Origin: Heterodontus francisci
Taxonomy: Eukaryota
NCBI RefSeq assembly: GCF_036365525.1
Contig: NC_090379.1
Span: forward strand, 45,373,923-45,432,809
Direction: 5' to 3'
DNA: 58,887 bases
Part shown: positions 38,172-51,900 of the stretch, piece by piece
Position numbering within the stretch: the first letter of the stretch is position 1
Layout of the letters: each line of letters begins with the position of its first letter
The notes under the pieces: model-generated
What the model was told of the DNA's origin: nothing
Database searches by the model: none
Seen by the model: the letters and a program-made list of their open reading frames with translations, nothing else
Translations under genes and position numbers: made by a program

Positions 38172-39143
38172 TAGGGCCCTACCAAATTCGCGGTCAAATT
38201 TTGCAAATTTCACAGTCACGCCATTTTAAGAATCATGAATTTGACAATTTCACCTATTTAAATTGTAAATTTTCGTGTTTCAACAACCCATGAAAATAAT
38301 CTATTTAAAACAATAAAAAGACAAAAGGAGGTTTCTGGTTTCAAATATCGTATACTCAAAATCTATTGCAAAAAGCTCACTATAAACAGGTCATTTTCTT
38401 CACCCACTAAAGGCAGTATACCACCACTGGCATGCAGAATTTGGCTTCCAAATTATTTCACTCTATGTGCTGCAGTAACAGTTGTGGCCATTTTTGATTT
38501 GCCCATTCTGGCATTCTCACTTGTCTGCTAACACTTGAGACTGCTCTCAAAACTGCAACAGAAGCCGCCCCCCCCCCACCCCACCCACCCCCCCATCATC
38601 TACCAATCATCGAGTTGAGCCTTGTGTCAATCAATAAAACACGACCAGCAATCAGCGAGTTCAGTCTTGTGTCAATTGGGGGATGGGGGGGTGGGGTGCC
38701 TGTGAGGGGGTGGCTGCATGGGAGGTGGGGCCGCATTGAGAGGGGGACAGCATAAGAAGGGTCGGGATGGGCATGATAATGAAAGGAATGGGATGGTTAT
38801 GGCATGGAAGGAATGGCATGGGAAGGATGGAATGGAACAAGATGGGAATTTAAAGTAGTACTGTTGCAATAAAGATACTCATTTCACCACAAATGTTTTG
38901 CGGATCTCTGCTAGTTTTAGACAAAATTTGCATACAATCCTCATCAACGTTGCCCCATTATTTGAGATGATGTTCGCCACCAATTTCAAAGTATACCTGG
39001 TTGATGGTCCAATGAACAAGAATTTTAGACTTTTGTACTAAATCCTCTGCCATCAATGTGTCAACATACATTGTAACAACATGGCCATCTTTTAGGGTGA
39101 ATTTATGGTGGAATTTACTGCTCCTGTGAATGGTATTGCCCTA
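38172..39143. mobile_element. Non-autonomous hAT-like DNA element
   Basis: TAGGG termini (tagggccctaccaaattcgcgg / cctgtgaatggtattgcccta); degenerate possible TSD gctcatgc/gctgattc. The internal (ggcatg/ggatg)-rich segment recurs at ~57330-57620. Confidence 0.55.
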
Positions 39144-40299
39144 GCTGATTCACTTGTTCATAATTAGATGTTTGGCTGCAATGATCCTGCCTTGCAGGCA
39201 CAAATATGAATCATTTTTTAAAATCTGAGCACACAACAGGCAATATTATTTGCAGCAGTGACAGAATCTGCTAGCACATCTTTCATCAAATGCCACTGCT
39301 CAGTTTGCAGTTACAGTGCAGATATCAATTTGCTGAGTTATAGTTCTCTGACTTAACATTTTGACTATAGTGCAGCTGTGAATCATAGCAACATGCAAAA
39401 TTTGTCATGCTATAAAAATAGCCAGCTATTTTTGACACTTTTTATTGCTGATTTTAAGTTAAGAGCAACACAGTCAATTGCATCTTCAGGATTCCAATCA
39501 GCATGGTCATAAAGCGACAGACGGTACAACAGATTTAAGACAGACCAGACTGGGACGTGAGTCAGTAATCCATTGAAGAAAAAAGGTAAGCACAAGTGTC
39601 ACGCTCATGCAAGCAACCGTTATGAACTAAAGTGAACTGGAGCAATTATGAATTGTAAAAATGAACTGATGAATTAAACTCCAAAATATGGTCACACGTT
39701 TGCTACAGACAAGATGGGGTAAGAGGTCAGGTGACCTCCCCTGTACTGCAATTATACACAGTGACTGTTAGAGACTAAACCCACCACCATGTCTGGACTA
39801 GCTCTGGGGAAGGCACATTTAAATGCAAAACAGCCCATTCAATGCTAAATGGCTCCTATCTTCAAGAATTGGGCTGACAAAGGCCTTCATAGACAGGAAA
39901 TGATTTTTTTAAAATTAGCTGTTTCTTAAGAATTAATAAAGGAATCTTTGTGGGTTATGTTCCTGATGGATGAGGTATTCCAGTGTGTATAATCAAATGC
40001 TACTTGAAGTCTTCACTTGGATTTGATGAAGCAGTCTGTTTTTTGATAGACAATCAAACTCTTCGGCTGCAGCAGGCATCAACAGTTCCTTCAGCAATAC
40101 CAAATGGTCTCTTAAAAGGGTTATTTCCTCTTTAGACAATTAATTCTGCCTGTAGCTCCTTGTAGAATTTCTGCTGAGAGAATGGACAGCTCTTTTCTCT
40201 TCAGTACGCTTTGCTGGTGTGTCTGGTTCAGACCAGTTTTTTTTCCAGTTTTACACAGTTAAGTGGAAACATTATACCACGTGAGCTCTCCCTCCTGCT

Positions 40300-40313
40300 G
40301 TTGCCTAGGTAAC
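40300..40313. promoter_or_regulatory. Candidate RFX X-box with an adjacent E-box
   Basis: GTTGCCTAGGTAAC is a near-palindromic X-box (consensus GTTRCCATGGYAAC). CACGTG lies at 40278-40283. Both are in non-repetitive sequence. Motif match only. Confidence 0.4.
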
Positions 40314-40929
40314 AAAATGCAGCTATGGCAGACTGTCCCCAGAAATCCAAAACTTCTCTCCCTGTCTTGAAGGCACACTGTTTTCAGAGTTTTAAAGGCA
40401 CACTGTTTTAATCTGAGGAGAAAAATAATACAAGTCCGTGACAGTGCTTAATATTCAGGGATACAAAGTGTTCAGAAAAGAAGGGAAAATGGGAACTGGG
40501 GTGACAGTACTGCTTATGGGAGAAATTGTAGTGTTGGAAAGAGAGGAAGACCTTGAGGGGGCAAGGACAGAATCCATTTGGTTAGAGTTGAGAAGCAAAA
40601 AGAGGATGCTCATGCTACTGGGGGCATTCAATAGGCCTCCAGTGAGAGAGAGAGATAGAGGAGCAAATCTACAGAGAAATCACACAGATTTGAAGAACTA
40701 TAGAGTGGTGATACTGGGGGACTTCAAATACCAAATATCGATTAGAATAATATTAGAGTAAATGGTAAGGAGGGGGAGGAATTTATGAAATTCCATTGAC
40801 AGCATGTTCTCAGTCCAACTACGAAGGAGGCATTGCTGAACCTGGTGCTTGAGAATGAGGTGGGTCGCAAGGACAAAGCGTCCTTGGGAGAACATTTGGG
40901 TGAGAGTAATCATCATATCACAAGGTTTA

Positions 40930-43900
40930 TAAAATCATAGAAAGTTTACGTCACAGAACGAGGCCACTTGGCCCATCGTGTCTGCGCTGGCTAAAATAAA
41001 AAGAGCCACCCAATCTAATCTCACTTTCTAGTATTTGGTCAGTAGCCCTGCAGGTTACAGCAGTTCAGGTGCACACCCAGGCATCTTTTAAATGAGATGA
41101 GGTTTTCTGCCTCTACCTTCCTTTCAGGCAGTGAGTTCCAGACCTCCACCACCCTCTGGGTGAAAATTAGTTTCCTCATCTCCCTTCTAATCCTTCTAAA
41201 TCACTTTAAATCTATGCCCCCTGTCCTCTCTGCTAAGGTAAATAGGCCCTTCCCACTGAGTGTATCCAAGCCCTCACAATTTTGTACATCTCTATCAAAT
41301 CTCTCCTCTGTTCCAAGTAGAACCACCCCAGCCAATCCAACCTTTGCTCATAGCTGCAATTTTCCAGTCCTGGCAACATCCTCGTAAATCTCCTCTGTAC
41401 CCTCTCTAGTGCAATTATATCCTTTCTGTAATGAGGTGACCAGAATTGCACACAGTACTCATGTTGTGGCCTAACCAATGATTTACACAGTTCCAACATA
41501 ACCTCCCTACTCTTCCAATGCCTTCTTAACCATCTTATCGCCCCCTCCTACCACCTTCAGGGATCTGTGGACATTTACTCCAAGGTCCCTCACTTCCTCT
41601 ACACCTCTCAGTATCCTCCCATTTACTGTGTATTCCTTTGCCTTGTTTGACCTCCCCAAATGCATCACCTCACACTTTTCTGGGTTAAATTCCATTTGCC
41701 ACTTTTCTGACCTCCTGACCAGTCCGTTGATATCTTCCTGCAGTTTACAGCTATCCTTCTTGCTATCAACTACACAGCCAATTTCTCTGTCGTCTGCAAA
41801 CTTATTGATCATTCCCCCTACCTACAAACATATGAATTAGGAGCAGGAGTAGGTCGCTTGGCCCCTCAAGCCTGCTCCGCCATTCAATAAGATCATGGCT
41901 GATCTGATTGGAACCTCAACTCCACATTCCTGCCTACCCCCGATAACCTTTCACCCCTTTACTTATCAAGAATCTATCTACCTCTGCCTTAAAAACATTT
42001 AAAGGCTCTGCTTCTACCGCCTTTTGAGGAAGAGAGTTCCAAAGACACTCAACCCTCAGAGAATAGATTTCTCCTCATCTCGGTCTTAAATGGGCGACCC
42101 CTTACTTTTAAATAGTGACCTCTAGTTCTAGATTCTCCCACAAGAAGAAACATCCTTTCCACATCCACCCTGTCAAGACCCCTCAGAATCCTATATGTTT
42201 CAATCAAGTCGTCTCTTACTCTTCTAAACTCCAGCGATACAAGCCTAGCCTGTCCAACCTTTCCTCGTAAGACAACCTACCCATTCCAGGTATTAGTCTA
42301 GTAACCTTCTCTATACTGCTTCCAATGTATTTACATCCTTCCTTAAATAAGGAGACCAATATTGTACACAGTACTACAGATGTGGTCTCACCAATGCCCT
42401 GTATAACTGTAGCATAACCTCCCTACTTTTATATGCAATTCTCCTCACAGTAAATGATAGCATTCTATTAACTTTCCTAATTACTTGCTGTACCTGCATA
42501 CCGCAAATCATGCACGAGGACACCCAGATCTCTCTGCATCTCAGAGCTCTGCAATCTCTCACCATTTAGATAATATGCTTTTTTATTCTTCCTGCCAAAA
42601 TAGACAATTTTACATTTTCCCACATTATACTGCATTTGCCAGATCTTTGCCCACTCACCTAACCTATCTCTATCCCTTTGCAGCCTCCTTATGTCCTCGT
42701 CACAGCTTACTTTCCTACCTTTGTGTCATCAGCAAATTTAGCAACCATACCTTTGGTCCCTTCATCCAAGTCATTTATATAAATTGTAAAAACTTGAGGC
42801 CCCAGCAGAGATCCCTGTGGCACACCACTCATTAGATCTTGAAACCAGAAAATGGCCCACTTATGCCTACTCTCTGTTTCCTGTTAGTTAGCCAATCTTC
42901 TATCCATGCCAAAATGTTACCCTCTATACCACGAGCTTTTATTTTCCGCAATAACCTTTGACGTGGTACTTTATCAAATGCCTTCTGGAAATCTAAGTAC
43001 AGTACATCCAGTACATCCACCGGTTCCCCTTTATCCACAGCACATGTTACTTCTTCAAAGAGCTCCAATAAATTGGTTAAACATGATTTTCCTTTCACAA
43101 AACCATGTTGACTCTGCCTGATTGCCTTGAATTTTACTAAATGCCCTTCTATAATATCTTTAATAATGGCTTCTACATTTTCCCTATGACAGATGTTTAG
43201 ATAACTGGCCTGTAGTTTCCTGCTTTCTGTCTCCCTCCTTTTTTGAATAAAGGAGTTACATTGACTATTTTCCAATCTAATGGAACCTTCCCCAAATATA
43301 GGGAATTTTGGAAAATCAAAACCAACGCATCAACAATTTCACTAGCCACTTCCTTTAAGACCCTAGGATGAAGTCCATCAGGACCCAGGGACTTGTCAGC
43401 CCGCAGCTCCAACAATTTGCTCAGTACCACTTCCCTGGTGATTGCAATTTACATGAGTTCCTCCCTCTCTTCCATTTCCTGATTTACAGCTAGTTCTGGG
43501 ATGTTATCTGTATCCTCTATGAGGACCGATGCAAACTAACTGATCAATTCAACTGCCATCTCCTTACTTTCCCTTATTAATTCCCTAGACTCACTTTCTA
43601 TAGGACCAGCTTTGTTAACTCTTTTCTTTTATAAATATCTATAGAAATTCTTACTATTTGTCTTTATACTTCTCGCCAGCTTTCTCTCGTACTCTAATTT
43701 TTCCCTCCTTATTAACCTTTTAGTTGTTCTTTACCGCTTTTTATATTCTGTTTAATCTTCTGACCTGCCACCCACCTTTGCACAATTATATGCTTTTGCT
43801 TTAAGTCTGATACTATCTTTAACTTTTTTAGTTAACCACGGATGGTGAGTCCTCCCATTGGAATTTTTCTCTCATTGGAACAAATTTATTCTGTGTATTC

Positions 43901-45066
43901 TGAAATATCCCCTTAAATGTCTGCCACTGCATTTCTATTGATTTATCCCTTAACCTACTTTGCCAGTTCACTTTTGCTAGCTCTGCTTTAATGCCCTCAT
44001 AATTGCCCTTATTTAAGTTTAAAATACTAGATTTGGACCCACTCTTCTCTCCCTCAAATTGAATGTAAAATTCAATCATATTATGATCACTGCTGCCTAG
44101 GAGTGCCTTCACTATGAGGTAACTAAACCTACCTCATTGCACAATACCAGGTCTAGTAATAGCTTGCTCTCTGGTTGGCTTCAGAACATGCTATTCTAAA
44201 AAACTATCCCGAAAACATTCTCTGAGCTCCTCATCTGGGCTACCTTTGCCCATCTGATTTTTCCAATCTATATTTAGATTAAAATCTACCATATTATCGC
44301 TGTACCTTTCTGATAAGCACCCAATGTTTCTTCCTTTATAGCCCTACCATGTGGTTACTGTTAGGGGGCCTGTACACCATTCCCAAAAGTGACTTCTTGC
44401 ATTTATCATTTCTCATCTCGACCAAACTGCTTCAACATCCTCGTTTCCTGAACTTAGGTCATCCCTCTCTATTGTGCTAATACCATCATTAATTAACAGA
44501 GCCATCCCTCCACCTTTTCCTAGCTTCCTGTCCCTCCTAAATGTCATGAACCCTTCAATATTCAGGTCCCAATCTATGCCATCCTGCAGCCATGTCTCTA
44601 TCAGATCGTACTTATTTATTTCTATTTGCGCTATCAGTTCATCTGTTTTGTTTCGAATGCTATGTGCATTCAGATACAGAGCCTTTAGTTTTGTCTTTCT
44701 ATTATTTTTGTAACCTCTAGCCTTGTCTGCTGATTTACTCTTAGTTTTGTAATCACTGTCCCTTCCAGTCACGGTTTGTTTAATCTTTTTCCATATCAAT
44801 ACCTTTCTCTCTTGCCTCGTCTCTACTCTTTGATTTACAACATCTTCCCAAATTCCTGACTTGTTAATATATACCACAAAAAGTAAGGGATCTAGTACTG
44901 AGCCCTGCGGAATCCCACTTGAAACAGCCTTCCAGTCACAAAAACACCCGCCAACAATTACCCTTTGTTTCCTGCCACTGAGCCAATTTTGTATCCAGTT
45001 GGATCCCCTGGGCTTTTATTCTTTTAAGCAGTCTACCATGTGGGACTTTGCCAAAAGCCTTACTAA
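40930..45066 (-). mobile_element. Antisense CR1 insertion, itself containing a ~3-kb CR1 (41823-44860)
   Basis: Inner copy runs from the APE start (KLKALYLNAHSIRNKTDELIAQIE) through LGSSDHNMIEF, GPDGLHPRVLKE and YLDFQKAFDKVP to the 3'UTR. Frameshifted. Confidence 0.88.
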
Positions 45067-45093
45067 AAGGTTTAGATTAATAATGGAGAAGAG

Positions 45094-46018
45094 TGTCATG
45101 CAGGTCCCCACCTGCCAAGAATGAGGAATATTAATTTTGCCACATGAATATTAATTTTAAACTGTTACTGGAGTGAAGGAGGAACTGGTTTAAAAAAAAC
45201 ACAACGGATCCTTGGCGAGAGAGACATTTTTGCTTATTTGCAGACAAAGCTTAAAAGGGACAAAAGACCATTCCCTGAAACATTCAATCCACAATGGACC
45301 TTTGATTACCAGTCATTAGAGGAGCTAGCATTCCAGGTTGACTGCTAAGATGGCCGAATACACAAACAGACGTGGTCACACCCGCTAGTCACAAGACTAA
45401 CCTGCTGGGCCACCTGAGTTTTTTGAATTTGAACTTGCCACAGAGTTTTGAACTGGCAGAAAGCTCCTGGCTCCTGGATTGAGAACACCTCTCTCCTATC
45501 TGCTCCCATCTCTTTCTCACGAAACACCAAGACCCATTGAAGACACATGAACGTCGAGAGAGAAAAGTCTCCTACAGTGAACAACATTTAAGAATACTAA
45601 GCCCCGAGAAGCAAGATCCACCTACAAAGAAGGACTCTGCAATGAGCTCGATGCACAGTAACAACAAATTCTTCAGATATTGCCTCAAACCTCTCCACTT
45701 TATTTTTCTTCTGCTCTTTTCTGTCTCTATTTGCATGTGCATATCGTGTATGCATGCTAGCATGGGGTGCAGTGTGTATCCATAGGCGTTAACCGAATTA
45801 GAGTTTAAGTATAAGTTTTAATAAATTTCGCTTTTCTTCTTTAAACCTAAGAAAGCCTGTTTGTGCTCATTTCTTTGCCTTATAATTGGAAAGCGGTGAA
45901 CAAGGATTCACCAAGGGGAGCTCCAAAACACGCTGTGTTTAAAATTAAATTCTGTTACAGTAAGACCAGGTGAAGGCTGAAAGGGACTCCTAGACATCTT
46001 TCTCACCTGGTCATAACA
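45094..46018 (+). mobile_element. Probable solo LTR
   Basis: Starts TGTCATG and ends CATAACA (TG...CA with a short inverted terminus), ~925 bp, AATAAA at ~45820, cleanly interrupts a CR1. No clear TSD seen. Confidence 0.65.
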
Positions 46019-46416
46019 GCAAGGAACAATCTAAAGTAGAAATTCTAAATTGGAAGTGGGCTAACTTCAATGGGATGAGAAGAGATCCAACCAGGGCAAA
46101 ATGGAACCAAAGACTGACTAGAAAAACTGTAATAAAGCAATTGGTGATCTTTAAGGAGGGGATGTTTCAAATAGAGGCTAGGTACATTCGAACAAGGGTG
46201 AAAGGCAAGTGAATCAACCTCAGGACTCCTTGGATAATTAGGGAGATAGAGAATATGAAACAAAAAAAAGATGGTGTATGATGCACGCCTGGTGAATTCT
46301 CCAAGCAAAAGCCAGGCCAAATACAATAAGTTGAGAGGGAAAGTGAAGAGGAAAATAAGACTGGCAAAGAATATGAGAACAGAATGGCAGTTAACAAAAA
46401 AGGAAGCCAGAAATTT

Positions 46417-46516
46417 GAGTTCTAACAAAAGGCCACAGACCTGCAAAGTTAACTCTATTTCTCTCTCCACAGATGCTGCCAGATCCGCTGGGTATTTCCA
46501 GCACTTTGTTTTTATT
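46417..46516 (+). mobile_element. Degenerate Penelope pLTR / hammerhead fragment
   Basis: gagttctaacaaaaggccacagacctgcaaagttaactct..ctctccacagatgctgccagatccgctg aligns with 27665-27765. Both catalytic boxes are mutated. Confidence 0.75.
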
Positions 46517-48979
46517 ACTCAAAAATCATCCACTAGCATGTAAATAGTAAGCTGGTAGTAAGAGGCAGGGTAGGGCCTATTAGGGGCAAAGGTGGTGATA
46601 TATGTTTTACAGGCGCACGGCAAGGCTAGAATAATTAATGAGTACTTTGTATCAGTGTTTACTAAGGAAGAGGATGCTGATAAAATAGTGGTAGAAGCTG
46701 AGATGGTAGAGGTAATGGATGGGCTGAAAATTGATAGGCAGGGTGTACTGAAAGGCTGGATACACTCAGATTGGATAAGCCACCTGGTCCTGGTGGTTTG
46801 CATCCCAGGTTGCTAAATGGAGTGGAGATAACAGAAGGGCTTGCCATAATCTTCCAATACTCCCTAGATATGGGGGAGGTGCCAGAAGATTGGAGGGTGG
46901 TAAATGTGACACTCTTATTTAAGAAAGGGTGTAAAGGACATTGCTAGTAACTACAGGTCGGTCAGTTTAACATTAGTGGTGGGTAAGCTTTTAGAAACAA
47001 TAATAAGGGAAAAAACCAACAGGCACTTAGAAAGGTTTGAGTTAAAAAAGTTAGATAGTGCTTGACTAATCTAATTTGATTTTTTGATGGCGTAACTGAG
47101 AAGGTTGATGAAGGGAATACAATGGATGTTGTCTATATAGATTTTAAGAAAATGTTTGACAAAGTACCATATAAAAGGCTGGTTAACACAATTGAGGCTC
47201 ATTGATTAGGAGGGTTCATGTCAGCTTGGATAAAAAAATTGGCTTAAGGACAGAAGTTGTGGAAAATGGCTGTTTTTCCAACTGGAGGATGGTAGGCACT
47301 GGCGTTCCCCATGGATGAGTGCTAGCACCACTGCTTTTTTGATATATAGAAATGACTTGGATATTGGAATAGACAGTAAAATCTCACAATTTGCCATTGA
47401 TACCAAACTTGGAGGAGTGGCAAACAGTGACGATGATACAAATCAACTGCAACAGGACACAGACTAGCAGAATGGGCAGACAAGTGGCAAATGAAATTTA
47501 ATGAAGAGAAGTGTGAAGTGATGCATTTTGGCAGAAGGGATAGGGAGAGGTAATATAAACTAAATGGCACAGTTCTAAAGAGTGTGCAGGGACAGAGGGC
47601 CTTGGAGTCCATGTGCATAAATCCTTGAAGGTGGCAGGACATATTAAGAGAATAGTTAGAAAAGCTTATAGGACCTTGGGTTTCATAAATAGAGGTACTG
47701 AGTACAGAAGCAGGAAAGTTACACTGACCCTTTATAAAGCTCTAGTTACCCATAACAAGAGTACTGCATCCACTTCTGGTCACCACACATTGGGAAATAT
47801 GTGAGGGTCTTTGTCGGGGTGCAGAGGAAGTTTACCAGAATGGTTCTAGGGATGAAAGATTTTAGCTACAAGGTTAGGTTGGAGAAGCTGGGGTTGTTCT
47901 CCTTGAAGCAAAGGAGATTGAGGGGAGATTTGATAGAGGTATACAAGATTATGACAAGTTTAGATAAGGTAGACAAAGAACAGCTGTTCTCAGTAGCTGA
48001 TGGTACAAGTACGCAGGGACACAGATTTAAGGCTTTGGGCAAGAGATGTGGGGGAGATATGAGGAAGAACTTTGACGCAATGAGTGGTAATAAAACTGGA
48101 ACTGGCTGTCTACAAGAGTGGTGGAAGTGATTAATGATTTCAAAAGAAAACTGGATGGGCACTTGAGGGAAATAAGCTTGCAGGGCTATGGTGATAAGAG
48201 TGGGGGAATTGGACTACCTGAATTGCTCTACAGAGTGCCAGTATGGACTTGAGCTGAATGGCCTCCTTCTGTGCCACAATGACTATATATTTAGGTTCTC
48301 TACTGAGGTAGTCATCACATTAGAGACTTCTTTGAGAAAGTAACGAAATTCCAAGGATACAGAACTCCCAGAGATCTGTACTGGGAACATTTTTATTATT
48401 TCACTTTGTTTTTTAGACTTAATATGAAGCTTTTTAATGATGAAATTGTTCCGCTTGGAAGGGACAAAATTTCATAAACTTGGAGAAGACAGTGCAGCAC
48501 TTGATATTGAAAATATCTACGCATATTTAAACCATAAACTGTGCAGTAAATCATAAAGGACACCACGTGGCTACCAGCGAATTATGAAAGTTTGATGATC
48601 TCACAATGGCTTCCACCCAATTGGTGTTGCTTAATCAGCAGCATATGGCTATTAGATAGGACCTCCTGAATTAGGTAGAATTCCCTAATTAAATGTAACA
48701 GCTTCTCTTATTTCCCACATTTTCAGCATGTCGAAGAAATATCAATTCCCATTGACTGCATGTCATTCCCAGGATTACACACCAACCAACACTGCACTCT
48801 GTAAAGTGCACTTAAGATTAATAAAGTGAACTGTCACTGTAATGCATGATTCACCCACCCACAATGATAACAATCCAATTACACCAACAGTTGGAGAGAA
48901 TGTTTCATTTCATTTTAAACATTATTCTGCTTTCCTTCAGTTGAACTAAAAAAATCTTCTTGTTCTTCTGGGTAAGAAT

Positions 48980-51900
48980 TCATAGAAACATAGAAAATTT
49001 ACCATACTTAAGGAGGCCATTCAGCCCATCATGTCCACGCCAGTTGAAAAAGAGCGATCCAGCCTAACTCCACTTCCGAACTCTTAGTCTGTAGTCCTGT
49101 AGGTTATGGCACTTCAAGTGCATATCCAAGTGTTTTTTTTTATGCGATGGGGGTTTCTGCCTCAACATCCTTTCAGGGAGTGAGTTCCAAATCTCTGCCA
49201 CCCTTTGGATGAAAAATTTCTCAACTCCTCTCTAATTCTTCTGCCAATTACTTTAAATCTAAGCCTCCAGATTATTGATCTCTCTGCTGAGGGAAAGTGG
49301 TCCTTACTATCCATTCTATCTAGGCTCCTCATAATTTTATACATCTCATTTAAATCTCAAATGCCATTAAATTGCAAATGTAACACTGCTATTCAAGAAA
49401 GGAGGGAGAGAGAAAAGAGGGAACTGCAGGCCAGTTACCCTGATATTAGTCGTTGGCAAAATGCTGGAATCTATTATTAAGGAAGTCTTAACAATGCACT
49501 TAAAAAATCATATCAGACAAAATCATGGCTTTATGAAAGGGAAATCATGTTTGACAAATTTATTCGTGTTTTGTGAGGATGCTTAATAGTAGGGCAGATG
49601 AGGAACCAGTAGATATAGTATACCTGGATTTCCAAAAGGCATTCAACAAGGTGCCACACAAAAGGTTAATACACACGATAAGGGCGCATGGAGCTGGGGG
49701 TAATATATTAGTATGGCTAAAGAATTGGTTAACAGACAGAAAGCTGAGAATAGTGCTAAACAGGGCATTTTCAAGTTGGCAGGCTGCAACTAGTGAAATG
49801 TCGCAAAGATTAGTGCTGAAACCTCAGCTATTTACAATCTATTTTAATGACTTAGACAAACAGGCAGAGTAATGTATCTAAGTTTGCTGACGATACAAAG
49901 CTAAGTGGGAATGTAAGCTGTGAGGAGGACACAAAGAAGCTGCAGAGATAGAGACTTTAAGTGAATAGACAACAAGGTGGCAGTAAGTATAATGTGGTAT
50001 TAAGAATAGAAAAGCAGAATATTTTTTTTAAAAAGGTATAAAGCTTGTAAATGTTGATGTTCAGAGACACTGGAGTGTACTCTTACAGGAAACACAGAAA
50101 GTAAGCATGCAATTAGGAAGGTAAATGGTATGTTGGACTTTATGGCAAGGGGACTGATGTACAAGAATAAGGAAGTCTTGATACAACTGAACAGAGCTTT
50201 GGTGAGACCATATGTGGAGTACTGTACAGTTTTGTTCTCCATATTTAAGAAAGGATGTATTTACATTGGAGGCAGTACAGCAAAGGTTCACTAGATTGGT
50301 TCCAGGGATGAGAGGCTTGTCCTCTGATGAAAGGCTGAATAAAAATTGGGCGCATACTCTCGAACATTTAGAAGAATGAGAGGTGATCTTACTGAAACAT
50401 ACAAGACTTTGAAGGCGCTTGAAAGATTAGACACCAAGAGGTTGTTTCCCCTGGCTGGAGAATCTAGAACACGGGGGTACAGTCTCAGGAAAAGGGGTTG
50501 ATCATTTAGGACTGAGATGAGGAGAAATTTCTTTACACAAAGGGTTGTAAATCTTTGGAATTCTCTACCCCAGAGGGTTGTGGATGCTCCATCGTTGAGT
50601 ATATTTAAGGCTGAGATGGAGAGATTTTTGGTCACGGAATCAAGTGATATGGGGAGCGGGCAGGAGAGTGGAGTTGAGGCAGATCAGCCATGATCGTATT
50701 GAATGGCGGAGCAGGCTGAAGGAACCCTATGGTCTCTCCTGCTCCTATTTCTTATGTTCTCCCCTCATCCGTCTCTGTTCCAAAGAAAACAACCCCAGCC
50801 TGTCTAATCTTTCCTCATAGCTAAAATGCTCCATTCCTTGCAACATCCTCATAAATCTCCTCTGTACCTTCTCACATCCTTCCTATAATACAGTGACAAG
50901 AAATGTACACAGTACTCCAGCTGTAGCCGAACTAGTATTTTACACAGTTCTAGCATAATCTCCCTGCGCTTATATTCTATGCTTTGGCTAATAAAGGAAA
51001 GCATCCTGTACGCCTTCTGTTACAACCGAGGCAGGAAGAGTGCACTGTTAATTCAGTCCCACTTCTCCACAGGTCACAACATATTCTTTAAATTTTTCCA
51101 CTTACTGAAAGTCAATCGGATACACTATTTCCTTTTCAAAACTTTATTTTTAATAAAACAGTCACTTCTATAACATTTCTTAACCCCCTTATCTACCGGT
51201 CCTGCTACCTTCAGGGATCTGTGGTCCTGCACTCCAAGATCCCTCTGCTTCTCTACACTTCTCAGCATCCTACCACTTATTTTGCTCCCTTACCTTGTTT
51301 GCCCTCTCCAAATGTATTACCTCATACTTTTCCAGATTGAATTCCATTCGCCACTTTTCTGGCCATCTAATTAGTCCATTGTTTTCTTCCTGAAGTCAAC
51401 AGCTTTCTTCCTCACAATCCACCCCATAACCAATTTTTGTACCATCTGCAAACTTATTCATCATGCCCCCTATATTTAAGTCTAAAACATTGATATATAC
51501 TCCAAAAAGCAAGGGACCTAATACGGAGCTCTGTGGAACACCACTGGAAACAGACTTCCAGTCACAAAATCACCTGCTAACCAGTACCCTTTGCTTTCTG
51601 TCACTGAGCCAATTTTGGATCCAACTTGCCATTTGCCCTTGGATCCCCTGGGCTATTATTTTACTGACCAGACTGTAATGTGGGACCTTGTCAAAATCCA
51701 CAATTGACTACATCAAGCTCACTACCCTCATTGACCCTCGTTATTATTTTGTCAAAAATTTCAATCAAGTTAGGCAGATACAACCTTCGCTTAACAAATC
51801 CATGCTGGCTGTCCTTGATTAATCCATGCCTTTCCAAATGACAATTTATACCATCTCTCAGAATTTTTGCCAATAATATGCCCACCACAAGGTTAGGCTG

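Larger units (their letters stand above)
40400..48280 (+). mobile_element. Long plus-strand CR1 ORF2 remnant interrupted by antisense CR1s, a solo LTR and a PLE fragment
   Basis: Endonuclease (LNIQGYKVFRK..ESIWLEL..ILGDF) at 40438-40929, resuming at 45067 and 46019, running through RT to the 3' end at ~48280. aaggttta is duplicated at 40922-40929 and 45067-45074. Confidence 0.85.
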
